Shown piece after piece: positions 46,310-56,454 of a DNA stretch of 64,000 nt. This DNA comes from Candidatus Woesearchaeota archaeon (GTDB lineage Archaea; Nanobdellota; Nanobdellia; Pacearchaeales; GW2011-AR1): NCBI GenBank assembly GCA_964495875.1, contig CAZBWB010000001.1:10269-74268 (forward strand), read 5' to 3'. The position numbers and the translations under genes are program-made. Every line of letters begins with the position of its first letter. The first letter of the stretch is position 1. The notes beneath the pieces are model-generated. The model was not told the DNA's origin and ran no database searches. It saw nothing but the letters and a program-made list of their open reading frames with translations.

Positions 46310-47119
46310 TTATTTTTTAATCATTAACAGCTCACAGGCTTTGCAAATTCTGTTTCTCGCTGGTTCACCGCAAATTTCACAATGCATTATATCTTTTTTA
46401 TTTTTAATTCCCTTCAGAATTTTCTCAGAGTTTTTTATTATATTCATTTTTTGTTTATTATCCAAAACATTCATAAATTTCCGAACCTGTATCCTGTAGG
46501 AATCCAAGGCACAGGGGCATTTTTCATAAACCACAGGAAGTTTTTCTTCTTTGGAATATTTCTTTATTTCTTCTTCAGGAATATAAAACAGAGGTTTAAT
46601 TCTTGGAACAAATTTCTTATCTTTTGTATTCTTACTGATAACTCCTGTGTTCAAACTCAATTTAGGGCTACCTTTAAATATATTAACAAGAAATGTTTGT
46701 GCCTCATCATCTAAATTATGTCCTGTCGCAAGTTTGTCTGCCTTTAATTTTCTAGCCTCTTTGTTTAAAATCCATTTTTTTATCACACCGCAAACCGCAC
46801 AATTTTTCAAATTTTTTTGAGATTGAACCGCACTTCTGAGATAGCACATAGAACTTCCCATCTCTTTTTTAATATCATAAACATGCAGGTTTATCTCTAA
46901 TTGTCTGCAGAGTTCTTTCACAGCATTTAAGCATTTTTCACTATAATTGCCCATTCCCAAATTAATATGAAATCCTTCTATATTATAGCCAAATTTCTTC
47001 AGCAAATAAGCGCAGACAGAGGAATCCTTTCCTCCTGACAAAGCTATGAGAATTTTTTCTTTCTTATTGCACAACTTATACTTCTTGATAACATCTTTTA
47101 CTTTGTTTTCTATTTTCAT
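46310..47119 (-). CDS. PP-loop ATPase, TtcA/TtuA/Ncs6-like tRNA thiolation enzyme
   Basis: ILIALSGGKDSSV, CAVCG, CPC, C-terminal CEICGEP..CKAC. The likely start is MKIENK at 47119. Confidence 0.75.
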   Translation of the reverse strand: MKIENKVKDVIKKYKLCNKKEKILIALSGGKDSSVCAYLLKKFGYNIEGFHINLGMGNYSEKCLNAVKELCRQLEINLHVYDIKKEMGSSMCYLRSAVQSQKNLKNCAVCGVIKKWILNKEARKLKADKLATGHNLDDEAQTFLVNIFKGSPKLSLNTGVISKNTKDKKFVPRIKPLFYIPEEEIKKYSKEEKLPVVYEKCPCALDSYRIQVRKFMNVLDNKQKMNIIKNSEKILKGIKNKKDIMHCEICGEPARNRICKACELLMIKK

Positions 47120-47209
47120 GAAATAATAATAAAAAAACAGTTTTAATTTCTTTGCATTAACTTCAAATACTTTTGAAGTCTTCAAATTATTTATAAAGTA
47201 AATTTATTT

Positions 47210-47764
47210 ATGATTCATATGAATAAAAAATACATCATGCTCGCACTGGATGATGAGAAGTCAAAAGCTGTAGCAGGAGTTCTGGGAAATAAAACTTGCA
47301 AAAAAATAATTGATTTGCTGATAAACAAAGAGGAATTGTCTGAAAAAGAAATTGCAGATTCATTAAACCTGCCAATTAATACTGTGGAATATAATCTAAA
47401 AAAACTGCTCGATGCTGGATTAATTGAAAAAACGAAAAACTTTTTCTGGAGCAAAAAAGGAAGGAAAATTTCTATGTATAAACTTTCTCATAAGTCAATT
47501 GTAATATCTCCAAAATTCTCAAATATAACTTCAAAAGTAAAATCTTTAGCATTAATTGCAGGAATCTCAGGTGTAGCAGCTTTATTAATCAGACAAATTT
47601 ACAATGTTCCTCAAAGAACAAATGATGCACTTAAATTTGCTGCAGAATCTTCACAGACATTAGCTTCTTCCAGTACATCATTATTACCTATTTGGCTCTG
47701 GTTTTTAATAGGAGCCTTGTTTGTCATGATTATTTTCACTCTAATAAACTGGAGGAAAATATAG
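47210..47764 (+). CDS. ArsR-type HTH protein with C-terminal transmembrane segments
   Basis: EKEIADSLNLPINTVEYNLKKLLDAGLIE, then two hydrophobic helices. Confidence 0.65.
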   Translation: MIHMNKKYIMLALDDEKSKAVAGVLGNKTCKKIIDLLINKEELSEKEIADSLNLPINTVEYNLKKLLDAGLIEKTKNFFWSKKGRKISMYKLSHKSIVISPKFSNITSKVKSLALIAGISGVAALLIRQIYNVPQRTNDALKFAAESSQTLASSSTSLLPIWLWFLIGALFVMIIFTLINWRKI

Positions 47765-47784
47765 ATGAAAGGAGGTAAAACAAA

Positions 47785-48528
47785 ATGACTAAAATGGAGA
47801 AATCAGTCAAGATAACACTTATAATCGTGGCAGGAATTGTAATGCTCGGATTAATGGGAGTAATAATATTCTCTAACTTAACTTCTGCAAACACAGTTAC
47901 TGGAAACGGATATGCCACAGTTAAGGCTTTACCTGATTTAGTAAGTGTTTATTTTAATGTGCAGACAGAAGGAGATACGAGCAAGGAAGCAACAGATAGT
48001 AATTCAGAAATTGTTGATAAATTAATACTCGAACTTCTGAAACAAGGATTTGATAGAGATGAAATACAAACTATGAATTTTAATGTATATCCTAATTATG
48101 ATTGGGATGACGGAGAAAGAAACCAGGAAGGATATGTGGCAACCCATAGCATCAAAGTGCAAGTATCCTCAGATAATTCAGGAAAAATTGGAGATATAAT
48201 AGATGCAGGAGTGAGTGCAGGAGCAGGGATATCTTATATAAATTTTGAACTAAGTCAAGAAAAGCAAAATGAATATAAGGCAGAAGCACTGAAGTTAGCT
48301 GCTGAAGATGCCAGAATAAAAGCAGAATCTATTGCAGAGGGTTTAGGAAAAAGACTCGGAAGGCTCGTTTCAGTATCAGACAGCAATTTCAACTATTCAC
48401 CTTGGAGAATTTATCAGGCAGAGGAAGGAGTAATGGATGCCGCAGGAGCAAAAACAGCAACTACAGATATACAACCAAGCGAACAGGAAATCTATGCCAG
48501 TGTTATCGCAAGATTTAAATTATTTTAA
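47785..48528 (+). CDS. SIMPL/DUF541-domain protein, membrane anchored
   Basis: N-terminal TM, GYATVKALPDLVSVYFNVQTEG, typical SIMPL length. Confidence 0.7.
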   Translation: MTKMEKSVKITLIIVAGIVMLGLMGVIIFSNLTSANTVTGNGYATVKALPDLVSVYFNVQTEGDTSKEATDSNSEIVDKLILELLKQGFDRDEIQTMNFNVYPNYDWDDGERNQEGYVATHSIKVQVSSDNSGKIGDIIDAGVSAGAGISYINFELSQEKQNEYKAEALKLAAEDARIKAESIAEGLGKRLGRLVSVSDSNFNYSPWRIYQAEEGVMDAAGAKTATTDIQPSEQEIYASVIARFKLF

Positions 48529-49338
48529 TTTTTTATTTTTCTTAGACACTCTGTACCGAATAACAAGAACAATAAAAACAAAGATTATAACAATAATAAT
48601 TAAAATAATAATATAAATTATATTTCGCAAAAAACCTTTTTTTTGTAACCCTCCATCTGTATGATTTTCAGTCGCATTATTAATCAATGAGTCATTTTGC
48701 AATAAAGAATCATTAGTATCAGAATCATCTGAATCTGGTTCTTGTTCTGGAGAATCACTAATTTCAGTAAACTTTCCACCATCACATTTTTGCACTTTAA
48801 TTATTGCTCTTGAACTATCTGAAGATGAAACCTCAAATAAACATTCCTTTGAACCAATAGTTCGAATAGCTGCAGGGTTTGCACCATAAAGGAATAAGTA
48901 TTCATCAGCTACAAAGAATTCGACATTTGCATCTCCCCCAGAATAAGTCCCGCTTAAACTTGATACATAAAATTGTAAATCTCCAATCCCATTAACTTGT
49001 TTCTCTTCAACATTCCCTTCAGTACCATCAATTTTCATCCAAGCAGAGGAACCAGTAGTCCCTGTTAAATTAATCTCATAAAATCCGCTGGCAAGAGTAA
49101 CATTTCCATAAGGAGAGCCGCTAGTTAATGTAAGCTCCTTTACCTCAATTAAAATCTCTGCTGCACCTCCCATACTAGAATCAATCAATGCTATTCTTAC
49201 TCCGTTAATGACTTCTATTTCCCCGATATTAATAATACTCTCTTCTGTTGAAAGAGTTCCAGAACAATCATATGCTGCTGAAATTAGATTAATAAACAAA
49301 ATAATATTAATTAAAAATAATAACACACTCTTTTTCAT
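48520..49338 (-). CDS. Secreted protein with a C-terminal TM anchor
   Basis: Signal peptide MKKSVLLFLINIILFINLISA, an acidic linker, and TM IIYIIILIIIVIIFVFIVLVI. Confidence 0.55.
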   Translation of the reverse strand: MKKSVLLFLINIILFINLISAAYDCSGTLSTEESIINIGEIEVINGVRIALIDSSMGGAAEILIEVKELTLTSGSPYGNVTLASGFYEINLTGTTGSSAWMKIDGTEGNVEEKQVNGIGDLQFYVSSLSGTYSGGDANVEFFVADEYLFLYGANPAAIRTIGSKECLFEVSSSDSSRAIIKVQKCDGGKFTEISDSPEQEPDSDDSDTNDSLLQNDSLINNATENHTDGGLQKKGFLRNIIYIIILIIIVIIFVFIVLVIRYRVSKKNKKLK

Positions 49339-49362
49339 ACTCGGTTAATACATTTATAATTT

Positions 49363-49737
49363 TTAAATCTTCTTTTTATAATCCTCAATCGCTTTTTTCA
49401 AGGCTTCAATTCCAAGAACAGAACAATGAATCTTTACAGGAGGCATATGTCCGAGAGCTTTAATTATATCATTCTTTGTTAATTTTTCTGCTTCTTCGAG
49501 TGTTTTGTCCTTTGCTAACTGACAAACAACATCACTGCTTGCAACAGCTGCAGGACATCCGAAAGTCTGAAATCCAATATCTTTTATTCTGTTATTTTCA
49601 ACTTTTATCGAAAGATGCATGACATCCCCGCATCTTATATTTCCAACCTTGCCCTTGCCACTGGGATTTTTAATTTTTTTTACAAATTTTGGATTTCTAA
49701 AATGTTCTATAAGTTTTTTTGAATATGTTTGTGTCAT
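49363..49737 (-). CDS. iscU: IscU/NifU-like Fe-S scaffold
   Basis: GNIRCGDVMHL, FQTFGCPAAVASS, KIHCSVLG. Confidence 0.85.
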   Translation of the reverse strand: MTQTYSKKLIEHFRNPKFVKKIKNPSGKGKVGNIRCGDVMHLSIKVENNRIKDIGFQTFGCPAAVASSDVVCQLAKDKTLEEAEKLTKNDIIKALGHMPPVKIHCSVLGIEALKKAIEDYKKKI

Positions 49738-49836
49738 TTTATATATTTGAAAAAATCCCAGAGCAATTTGCTATTGATGTTTTAATTAATGAATATGTCT
49801 TATGAATCATCTTTTCTATTAACAGTTTATATCAAT

Positions 49837-50037
49837 CTATTTTTTATTCAACTTTTCAACTAATTTATCAATCTGTTCATCACTAAAACCATGAACCTTA
49901 CAGCCCTGTTCAAGAGTTTCCTGCATTGTCATAGGACATCCTACACAACTCAAACCCTCCTTAAATAGAATTTCAACTGCATCGGGCTTGCTTTCGAGTA
50001 TTTCACTCATTTTAGTTTTTCTATTTATTTTCATCAT
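49837..50037 (-). CDS. DUF1858-like small redox-domain protein
   Basis: 66 aa; GLSCVGCPMTMQETLEQG. Confidence 0.65.
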   Translation of the reverse strand: MMKINRKTKMSEILESKPDAVEILFKEGLSCVGCPMTMQETLEQGCKVHGFSDEQIDKLVEKLNKK

Positions 50038-50153
50038 TCACCAAATTCCTCTGCCTCTTCGTTTTCAAAATTTAAAATTTCTTCATTTAACTCTTCCTCA
50101 CATTCATCTTCATTCTTAAACTCACAGGCATGTTCTTTAAATTTTTTCGACAT
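50034..50153 (-). CDS. Tiny acidic Cys-containing ORF (39 aa)
   Basis: MSKKFKEHACEFKNEDECEEELNEEILNFENEEAEEFGE. Its stop overlaps the next start (ATGA). Not in the ORF track because it is under 60 aa. Confidence 0.3.
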   Translation of the reverse strand: MSKKFKEHACEFKNEDECEEELNEEILNFENEEAEEFGE

Positions 50154-50155
50154 TT

Positions 50156-50257
50156 TTATTCTTCTTTAACTTTTATTGATTCTTCAAAACTACAAGGTTC
50201 ACAACTAAATGTTTCTTCATCACAACATACAGACTCTTCTTTTTTACTCTTTCTCAT
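50156..50257 (-). CDS. Tiny acidic Cys-rich ORF (33 aa)
   Basis: MRKSKKEESVCCDEETFSCEPCSFEESIKVKEE. The ATG directly follows the cysE stop. Confidence 0.3.
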   Translation of the reverse strand: MRKSKKEESVCCDEETFSCEPCSFEESIKVKEE

Positions 50258-50800
50258 TCAATTTTTTTCATTTTTTAACTTAATATTCACTTTTTTACCG
50301 TTAAGTTTTACAATTCTTCCAGGAGTTCCGACAATCGTGCAATTATCAGGAATGTCTTTGTTTATTATAAAAGTATCTGCTCCGATTTTAACATTGTTTC
50401 CGACTTTTATCGGTCCTAGCAAAATACTCCCAGCACCTATTAGCACATTATCTCCTATCATGGGATGCCTTTTTCCTTTTTCTTTTCCTGTGCCTCCTAA
50501 AGTTACATTCTGAAACATTACACAATTTTTGCCTATTTCTGAAGTCTCTCCTATAACAGTCCCCATTCCATGGTCAATAAAAAAACCTTTTCCTATTTTT
50601 GCTCCGGGATGTATTTCTATTCCTGTAAGAAATCTCATAATCTGTGAAATTAAACGCGGTATAAAAGGAAGTTTTATTTTGTAAAGAGGATGGGAAATAT
50701 AACGATGAACAAATATAACATGTAAACTAGGATAGATCAAAAATTCTATATTTTTTGCTGAAGGGTCATTTCTGAAAATTGCTTTTATATCTTCAAACAT
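50258..50800 (-). CDS. cysE: Serine O-acetyltransferase
   Basis: Left-handed beta-helix hexapeptide repeats [38 protein letters not shown]. Confidence 0.8.
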   Translation of the reverse strand: MFEDIKAIFRNDPSAKNIEFLIYPSLHVIFVHRYISHPLYKIKLPFIPRLISQIMRFLTGIEIHPGAKIGKGFFIDHGMGTVIGETSEIGKNCVMFQNVTLGGTGKEKGKRHPMIGDNVLIGAGSILLGPIKVGNNVKIGADTFIINKDIPDNCTIVGTPGRIVKLNGKKVNIKLKNEKN

Positions 50801-50801
50801 T

Positions 50802-51944
50802 TTATTTAAACGGACTTATTCTCCTTAATTTTTCTACAATCTTAACAAGGATTTTTAAAAAATAATCAATCTCTTCCTCTGTGGTATATTTGCTTATGCT
50901 GATTCTCAATGAACTATTAGCTTGCAGTGGTGTTAATCCTAATGCTTTCAGAACATGGCTAGTCTCGAGAGTATGAGAAGAACATGCGCTTCCAGTTGAA
51001 GTATAAATTCCATAATTCTCCAAATAACCTCCGACAGCTTCTCCCTCTATATTATTGAAAGAAACATTCACATTATTGCAGAGTCTTTTCTCTTTTGAGC
51101 CATTTAACCTAACATTCGGTATTTTCAAAAGTCCTTCAATTATTTTGTCTCTTAATTCTTTCATTTTTTCTGTATCTTTTTGTTTTGCAATTTCTGCTGC
51201 TTTTGCAAATCCCATGATTCCAGAAACATTCTCTGTCCCGCTTCTGAGTTTTTTTTCATGTCCTCCTCCATGCATTAGAGGAATGATTTCAATCCCTTCT
51301 CTTATATACAATGCTCCGACTCCTTTAGGTCCGTGAATTTTATGGGCATTCAGAGTAACCAAATCAAGATTTTGTTTTCTGACATTTATAGGAACTTTTG
51401 TAAAACTCTGGCAGGCATCTGTATGAAGCAAGACTCCTTTTTTTCTGCAGATTTTTCCGATAGCATCTAAATCCTGAATAGTTCCTATCTCATTGTTTCC
51501 ATGGATAATTGAAACAACAATTGTCTTGTCAGTAATGGCTTTTTCAACATCTTCAGGATTGACAAATCCTTTTTCATCAACATCCAAATATGTAACTCTG
51601 GCTCCTTGTTTTTCAAGCCATTTACAAGTATTCAAAACACAATCATGTTCTATCTTTGTTGTAATGATGTGGTCCTTTTGAGGATAATTCTGGAAAAACA
51701 AGCCTTTAAGAGCAAAATTATTTGCCTCTGTCCCTCCTGATGTAAAGATTATTTCGTGGGTCTTGGCTCCGATAGATTTTGCAATTATTCTTCTTGATTT
51801 CTCCAAAGCCTGTTTGGCTTCTTGCCCCATTGCATGAGAAGAAGAAGCATTGGCATATTTTGCAGTAAAATAAGGAAGCATCTCTTTCAAAACTTCATCA
51901 TCAACTTTCGTTGTTGCAGCATTATCAAGATATATTGTTTTCAT
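50802..51944 (-). CDS. nifS: Cysteine desulfurase (NifS/IscS)
   Basis: Class V aminotransferase; [10 protein letters not shown] (PLP Lys), STGSACSSH (catalytic Cys). Confidence 0.9.
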   Translation of the reverse strand: MKTIYLDNAATTKVDDEVLKEMLPYFTAKYANASSSHAMGQEAKQALEKSRRIIAKSIGAKTHEIIFTSGGTEANNFALKGLFFQNYPQKDHIITTKIEHDCVLNTCKWLEKQGARVTYLDVDEKGFVNPEDVEKAITDKTIVVSIIHGNNEIGTIQDLDAIGKICRKKGVLLHTDACQSFTKVPINVRKQNLDLVTLNAHKIHGPKGVGALYIREGIEIIPLMHGGGHEKKLRSGTENVSGIMGFAKAAEIAKQKDTEKMKELRDKIIEGLLKIPNVRLNGSKEKRLCNNVNVSFNNIEGEAVGGYLENYGIYTSTGSACSSHTLETSHVLKALGLTPLQANSSLRISISKYTTEEEIDYFLKILVKIVEKLRRISPFK

Positions 51945-52471
51945 TTTAATATATGAACTGTTTTATTTTTACTTATTTCAAATCTTCCGCCTTCATTGGA
52001 TTTTTTAGTGAATAAAGGCATTCTTACATCAATATAATAAATCTTTTTGTCCTTGTCTAAAACAAAATTTCCTCTTCCGTAAAAGTCTAGAACATATCCC
52101 TTTATCAATAACTTTTGAATACCCTTTCTTAAATTTCTGTTAATTTTTAATTTAAGATATTTTGATAATTCTTTGTAAGATATTAATTTGCCCTCAACAT
52201 GGTTAGAGTAAACTATTAAATAATTTCTATTGTTAATTTTTATTTTCTTTGATTTTATGATTGGGCAAGAATTTCTTAGATATTTCTTAAGAATTTTGAA
52301 ATATTTTTCATGAGATTGCATGTCTCCTTGTTTATATTTGGATTGTTTTACCGGCTTTATCCATATTTTATGTTTTCCGGCTTCCTTTTTGAAAATTTTA
52401 TCTTTCTCTATTTTTTTTATTTCTTTTTCATTGAATTCAATCATTTTCATCTTCCGACCTTCAAAGGACAT
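51941..52471 (-). CDS. Hypothetical protein (weak kinase-like C-terminal pattern)
   Basis: GYVLDFYGRGNFVLDKDKKIYYIDVR loosely resembles a Bud32/RIO-type catalytic-loop layout, but the key residues are not conserved. Confidence 0.4.
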   Translation of the reverse strand: MSFEGRKMKMIEFNEKEIKKIEKDKIFKKEAGKHKIWIKPVKQSKYKQGDMQSHEKYFKILKKYLRNSCPIIKSKKIKINNRNYLIVYSNHVEGKLISYKELSKYLKLKINRNLRKGIQKLLIKGYVLDFYGRGNFVLDKDKKIYYIDVRMPLFTKKSNEGGRFEISKNKTVHILK

Positions 52472-52752
52472 TTTTTGCAGAATTTTTTCTCATGCTTGTC
52501 AATAAGTTTAAGCATGGGAATAATAGTATCTTTGTTCAGGAAATAGATTCTCTGCTTCCCTTTTTGTTTCACCTGAACAATGTTGCAGCACTTTAAAGAT
52601 GCAAGGGCATGTGACAGTTTGCTCTGTTCAATGCCTGATTTTTCTGACAATTCATTCACAGAACTCTCTTTTTCCTTTAACAAAGAGATGATTTTTATTC
52701 TGACAGGATTTGCAAGATTCCTGAAAAAGAAATGATATGATTTGTAAGTCAT
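52447..52752 (-). CDS. ArsR/SmtB-family transcriptional regulator
   Basis: LANPVRIKIISLLKEKESSVNELSEKSGIEQSKLSHALASLKCCNIVQ. Confidence 0.75.
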   Translation of the reverse strand: MTYKSYHFFFRNLANPVRIKIISLLKEKESSVNELSEKSGIEQSKLSHALASLKCCNIVQVKQKGKQRIYFLNKDTIIPMLKLIDKHEKKFCKKCPLKVGR

Positions 52753-52826
52753 ATGAAAAATATTTCATATTATCTTTATAAACTTTATGGAATAATGTTA
52801 TATAGAAATTAGATTATCCCTATCAA

Positions 52827-52907
52827 CGCCCACGGCAGGAATCGAACCTGCGCACCCAAAAGGGCCAAGATCTCCAATCTTGTGCAATACCACTATGCGA
52901 CGCGGGC
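52827..52907 (-). tRNA. tRNA-Ser(GGA), intron-less
   Basis: GCCCGCG..CAAGA-TTGGAGA-TCTTG, long variable arm GCCCTTTTGGGTG, GCAGG-TTCGATT-CCTGC, CGTGGGC-G. Confidence 0.85.
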
Positions 52908-52939
52908 ATATAATAACAGAAACATAATTATTTATTAAA

Positions 52940-53050
52940 TTAATCTTCTTCCAATTCACACTTTACACAAATCCATTTTCTTTCTACAGAAGAATATATG
53001 GTTTCCCCTAAACATTTCTTACAAATTAAATGATTTCCATCAATTGACAT
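52940..53050 (-). CDS. Small zinc-ribbon ORF (36 aa)
   Basis: MSIDGNHLICKKCLGETIYSSVERKWICVKCELEED has two CxxC pairs. It lies between two tRNA genes. Confidence 0.35.
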   Translation of the reverse strand: MSIDGNHLICKKCLGETIYSSVERKWICVKCELEED

Positions 53051-53068
53051 TTTATATCGATTAGAAAA

Positions 53069-53139
53069 TGGGCGCAGAGGGAATCGAACCCCCAGCTGGC
53101 GGGCTGGAGCCGCCTATTTTGCCTTTAAACTATGCACCC
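53069..53139 (-). tRNA. tRNA-Trp(CCA), intron-less
   Basis: GGGTGCA...GGCGG-CTCCAGC-CCGCC...GGGGG-TTCGATT-CCCTC-TGCGCCC-A. Confidence 0.8.
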
Positions 53140-53164
53140 TAATATTTCAAGAAATAATTAATTT

Positions 53165-53851
53165 TTAATTCTTCCGATACAGTCTCTTTATCTCTCGAAT
53201 CTCGTCTCCTGAAATTGCACACCCTTTAAACTTCACAGCATAAAGCAAAGCATCCAGTATATCATGGTCCTTTAATTTAATAAGCCCTTTCTTATATAAA
53301 ATATAAACTAACTCAGATGACCTGATGAATTTAAACCCTTCAAAAAACTTGTAATTTTCTTTCTTGGCTTTAATACTTGTATGCAATTTTGTTTCAAACA
53401 ATTTTCTTAAATTTTCAGGTCTTTCGCCTAACATCCGTGTTGTCCTTTCATCAACCGCAATCACATTATTAATTTTCTTTTTGTTCAACATTTTACCAAG
53501 AGCCATACAAGAAGCCTCACCAGAGTCAATCAAATGAATGGTTTTTTCAGCTGTTTCAAAAGTAGAATTAGCTATTTCTCTCAATTCCTGTGTTTTCTTG
53601 GACACTTCTGCTGGATTTATGCCTATTGAAGAAGGCATTTCTAAAACTTTTTCAAAAAGCAATTCATTTAGCCTTAATGCTTCTAACCTGAATCTTTTTA
53701 TTGTAAGAGGTTTATCAATAATTTCCCATTTCACATCCTTGGTAATTAAAAACTTGCCATCAAATTTTGATTTCAGTTTTCTGAATTCTTCAAATAACCC
53801 GTTCATTGCCAAAGTAATTAAAGTGCTCGCGTCAAAGATTAGAACTTTCAT
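53165..53851 (-). CDS. PIN-like domain protein
   Basis: MKVLIFDASTLITLA, LIDSGEASCMALG, IAVDERTTR: the acidic triad order of PIN nucleases. Confidence 0.6.
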   Translation of the reverse strand: MKVLIFDASTLITLAMNGLFEEFRKLKSKFDGKFLITKDVKWEIIDKPLTIKRFRLEALRLNELLFEKVLEMPSSIGINPAEVSKKTQELREIANSTFETAEKTIHLIDSGEASCMALGKMLNKKKINNVIAVDERTTRMLGERPENLRKLFETKLHTSIKAKKENYKFFEGFKFIRSSELVYILYKKGLIKLKDHDILDALLYAVKFKGCAISGDEIREIKRLYRKN

Positions 53852-54432
53852 TTAAACATTTCAACTGCAGTTTTAATTCTGGATTTAACATCAGCTGTTT
53901 TAATTAAAGGAATTTCTGAAATTTCTTCTTTCTGCCCCACATATTCAGCCAGGTCAAACATTGTTATTCCAAGCAAACTGGCTGTTTTTTCCATAGAAAC
54001 ACCGTGCTCATAAATCTTCGAGGCTTTGTTTATTTTTGCTTTCCAGAAAACATCCTGAATATATTTTTTCAGTTTTCCAGATAACTTCCCAACAGCGCTC
54101 CTTATATTTTTCAAATTTTTTTTAATTGCTTCTTCATTATTTTTTTTAAGAGATGCAATTGTTTTATCAATATTATAAAGAAGAGTTTTGTAAAATTCCT
54201 TCCATCCAGAATATCTCTTATATTCCTCTCTTTCAATAATTTTGCTCAAAGAATAGACAACAACAGCAACAAGAATATTATCAGGGTCTTGTGTAACTGA
54301 AGCAGTATGAATTGTCTGATTACTCAATTCTTTAAGTTTAGGGATGTTTTCTTCTTTAATAGCTGTTTTCGTTTCTTCAAAGATTCTTAAGATATTTTCA
54401 ACCTCTTTCATAAATAATAGATGAGAAGACAA
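53848..54432 (-). CDS. Putative partner of the PIN protein with a C-terminal HTH-like segment
   Basis: A 4-nt overlap with the PIN gene. C-terminal SMEKTASLLGITMFDLAEYVG resembles UPF0175-type antitoxins. Confidence 0.45.
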   Translation of the reverse strand: MSSHLLFMKEVENILRIFEETKTAIKEENIPKLKELSNQTIHTASVTQDPDNILVAVVVYSLSKIIEREEYKRYSGWKEFYKTLLYNIDKTIASLKKNNEEAIKKNLKNIRSAVGKLSGKLKKYIQDVFWKAKINKASKIYEHGVSMEKTASLLGITMFDLAEYVGQKEEISEIPLIKTADVKSRIKTAVEMFK

Positions 54433-54463
54433 TATTTAAAAGTTTCCAGAAATTATAAGAATA

Positions 54464-54832
54464 ATGAAACAAATAATTTTGGATACAAGTTTTATCCTGA
54501 CTTGCGTAAAACAGAAAATTGATTTTTTTGAAGAGATAAAATTAATGGGATTGCAGATAGCAATCCCCAAGCAAGTAATAAAAGAAATTGAACGAATCAG
54601 TGAATTAAAAAAGGGTGCGTCCAAGAATCAGTCTGAACTTGCATTAAAATTAATCAATCAACAAAAACCAAGAACAATCAATCTTAAAGGAAAAACAACA
54701 GACAAAGCAATAATAAATTATGCAAAACAGCATGAAGATGCAGTTATAGCGACACTCGACAGAGAGATAAAAAAGAAGATAAAAAATCCCAAATTGATTA
54801 TAAGGGGAAAAAAGAAATTAGAGAGTATCTAA
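54464..54832 (+). CDS. PIN-domain protein, Fcf1/Nob1-like
   Basis: MKQIILDTSFIL..., VIATLDREIKKKI. Confidence 0.65.
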   Translation: MKQIILDTSFILTCVKQKIDFFEEIKLMGLQIAIPKQVIKEIERISELKKGASKNQSELALKLINQQKPRTINLKGKTTDKAIINYAKQHEDAVIATLDREIKKKIKNPKLIIRGKKKLESI

Positions 54833-55165
54833 TCTTTTAACAGCGGAAATTCCTTCTTCAAGAGTGTGGTCAATAACTTGTCCGTTATTAAGCCTTGCTA
54901 AAACATCAATGAAATCTTCATAATGCATAATTTCTTTTCCATTCCTAAAATTACTATCCCATACTTGTGAAGCGAATATATAATTATTTGGGATTTCAAA
55001 CAGAGATTCTGAAGATGCATCAGCTCTAATTTTTTTTCCTTCGGATGAAAGATAAACATATATACTTTCATCAGAGAGAGTGGATATAATATAGTCAGTA
55101 ATTTTATTGAGACTAACAATTATTCTTCTTTTCTTTTTTCCACCAGTTTCTGTTCCTCCACCCAT
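54818..55165 (-). CDS. Hypothetical protein
   Basis: 115-aa ORF; no motif recognised. Confidence 0.4.
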   Translation of the reverse strand: MGGGTETGGKKKRRIIVSLNKITDYIISTLSDESIYVYLSSEGKKIRADASSESLFEIPNNYIFASQVWDSNFRNGKEIMHYEDFIDVLARLNNGQVIDHTLEEGISAVKRLDTL

Positions 55166-55251
55166 AAATTTATTGATATGGTCTTATTTAAAAGGATTTA
55201 TATCCTTTATAATAACCTTTTTAAATCAATTTCTGTTATAAATTTTATAAA

Positions 55252-55854
55252 ATGTTTTATCTGACTGAAGTTGAAGACCATATAAGAGTAGAACCAAAAT
55301 TATTTGGTTTGCCTACTAAGGAATCTGTTGATAAACAACTTAGAGAAACTTACTCTGAGCATTATGACAAAGAAATCGGAAAAGTCATTTCAGTAATTGA
55401 AGTTTTGGAAGTTGGAGAAGGAATAATTATTTCAGGAGATGGTGCGGCATATTACAAATCAAGATTTAAATTATTGGTATGGAAACCTGAACTTCATGAG
55501 CTTGTCTTTGGAGTAATTTCAGAGATAACAAATTTCGGGGCTTTTATTGATTTGGGTGTCATGAGGGGAATGATTCACATAAGTCAAACAATGGAAGATT
55601 ATGTAAGTTTCAGTAAAACAAATTCTCTATTGGGAAAATCAACTAAAAGAAGTCTGAAATCAGGAGATTTATGTCTTGCGAGAATTGTTGCAATAAGCCA
55701 TAAGGGGGGGGAATTAAAAATAGGATTAACAATGCGACAGCCAGGACTCGGTAAATTAGAATGGATAAAAGAAGACAAAATTAAAAAAGAAAAAGAAACT
55801 GCTAAAGCAGTGAAAGCTGAAGAAAAATCTGCAAAAGGAAAAAAGAAAAAATGA
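55252..55854 (+). CDS. rpoE: RNA polymerase subunit E' (Rpb7-like, S1 domain)
   Basis: MFYLTEVEDHIRVEPKLFG..., S1 fold GVISEITNFGAFIDLG. Confidence 0.85.
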   Translation: MFYLTEVEDHIRVEPKLFGLPTKESVDKQLRETYSEHYDKEIGKVISVIEVLEVGEGIIISGDGAAYYKSRFKLLVWKPELHELVFGVISEITNFGAFIDLGVMRGMIHISQTMEDYVSFSKTNSLLGKSTKRSLKSGDLCLARIVAISHKGGELKIGLTMRQPGLGKLEWIKEDKIKKEKETAKAVKAEEKSAKGKKKK

Positions 55855-56039
55855 CAAAACAAAAAGCATGCAAAATTTGCAACCTGATATATGAAGGAGA
55901 AAAATGTCCTAAATGTGGTTCTGCAGAATCAACAGACAGTTTTAAGGGAAGAATCGTAATTCTAAATCCTGAAAATTCAGAAATAGCAAAAAAACTTAAT
56001 ATTAAAGAAAAAGGAAATTTTGCAATTAAAACAAGGTAG
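55851..56039 (+). CDS. spt4: Spt4/RpoE'' transcription elongation factor
   Basis: KACKICNLIYEGEKCPKCGS; 4-nt overlap with rpoE. Confidence 0.8.
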   Translation: MTKQKACKICNLIYEGEKCPKCGSAESTDSFKGRIVILNPENSEIAKKLNIKEKGNFAIKTR

Positions 56040-56044
56040 TTCTG

Positions 56045-56410
56045 ATGGAATTTGAGATAATTGAACAAAAAGAAAATCTTCTATTTAAAAGAAAAGAAAT
56101 GCAAATAAATTTAGAGGCGCAGATAACCCCTAGCAAAAAAGAAATAATTGAAAAAATTGCAGAAAAATTTTCAGTTAATCCTGAAAATATAAGCATTAAG
56201 GGAATTCACGGAAAATTCGGTTCAAAAGATTTCACAATTAATATAAACATTTATTCTTCTAAAGAAGATAAAGAAAAAACAGAACCCAAGGAGAAAAAAT
56301 CCGGTTCTGAATCCCAAATTCAAGAAACCCCCCAATCTCCAGAACAAAAAAGTCCTGCTAATGCAGATAATAATTTAATTAATAAAGAAAATAAAAGTGA
56401 AACAGAATAA
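56045..56410 (+). CDS. rps24e: Ribosomal protein eS24 with a low-complexity C-terminal extension
   Basis: NLLFKRKEMQINLEAQITPSKKEIIEKIAEKF...IKGIHGKFG. Confidence 0.8.
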   Translation: MEFEIIEQKENLLFKRKEMQINLEAQITPSKKEIIEKIAEKFSVNPENISIKGIHGKFGSKDFTININIYSSKEDKEKTEPKEKKSGSESQIQETPQSPEQKSPANADNNLINKENKSETE

Positions 56411-56454
56411 TCAAAATTATAAACGAGCGAAAATGAGTTTAATTTAACCAAAAA

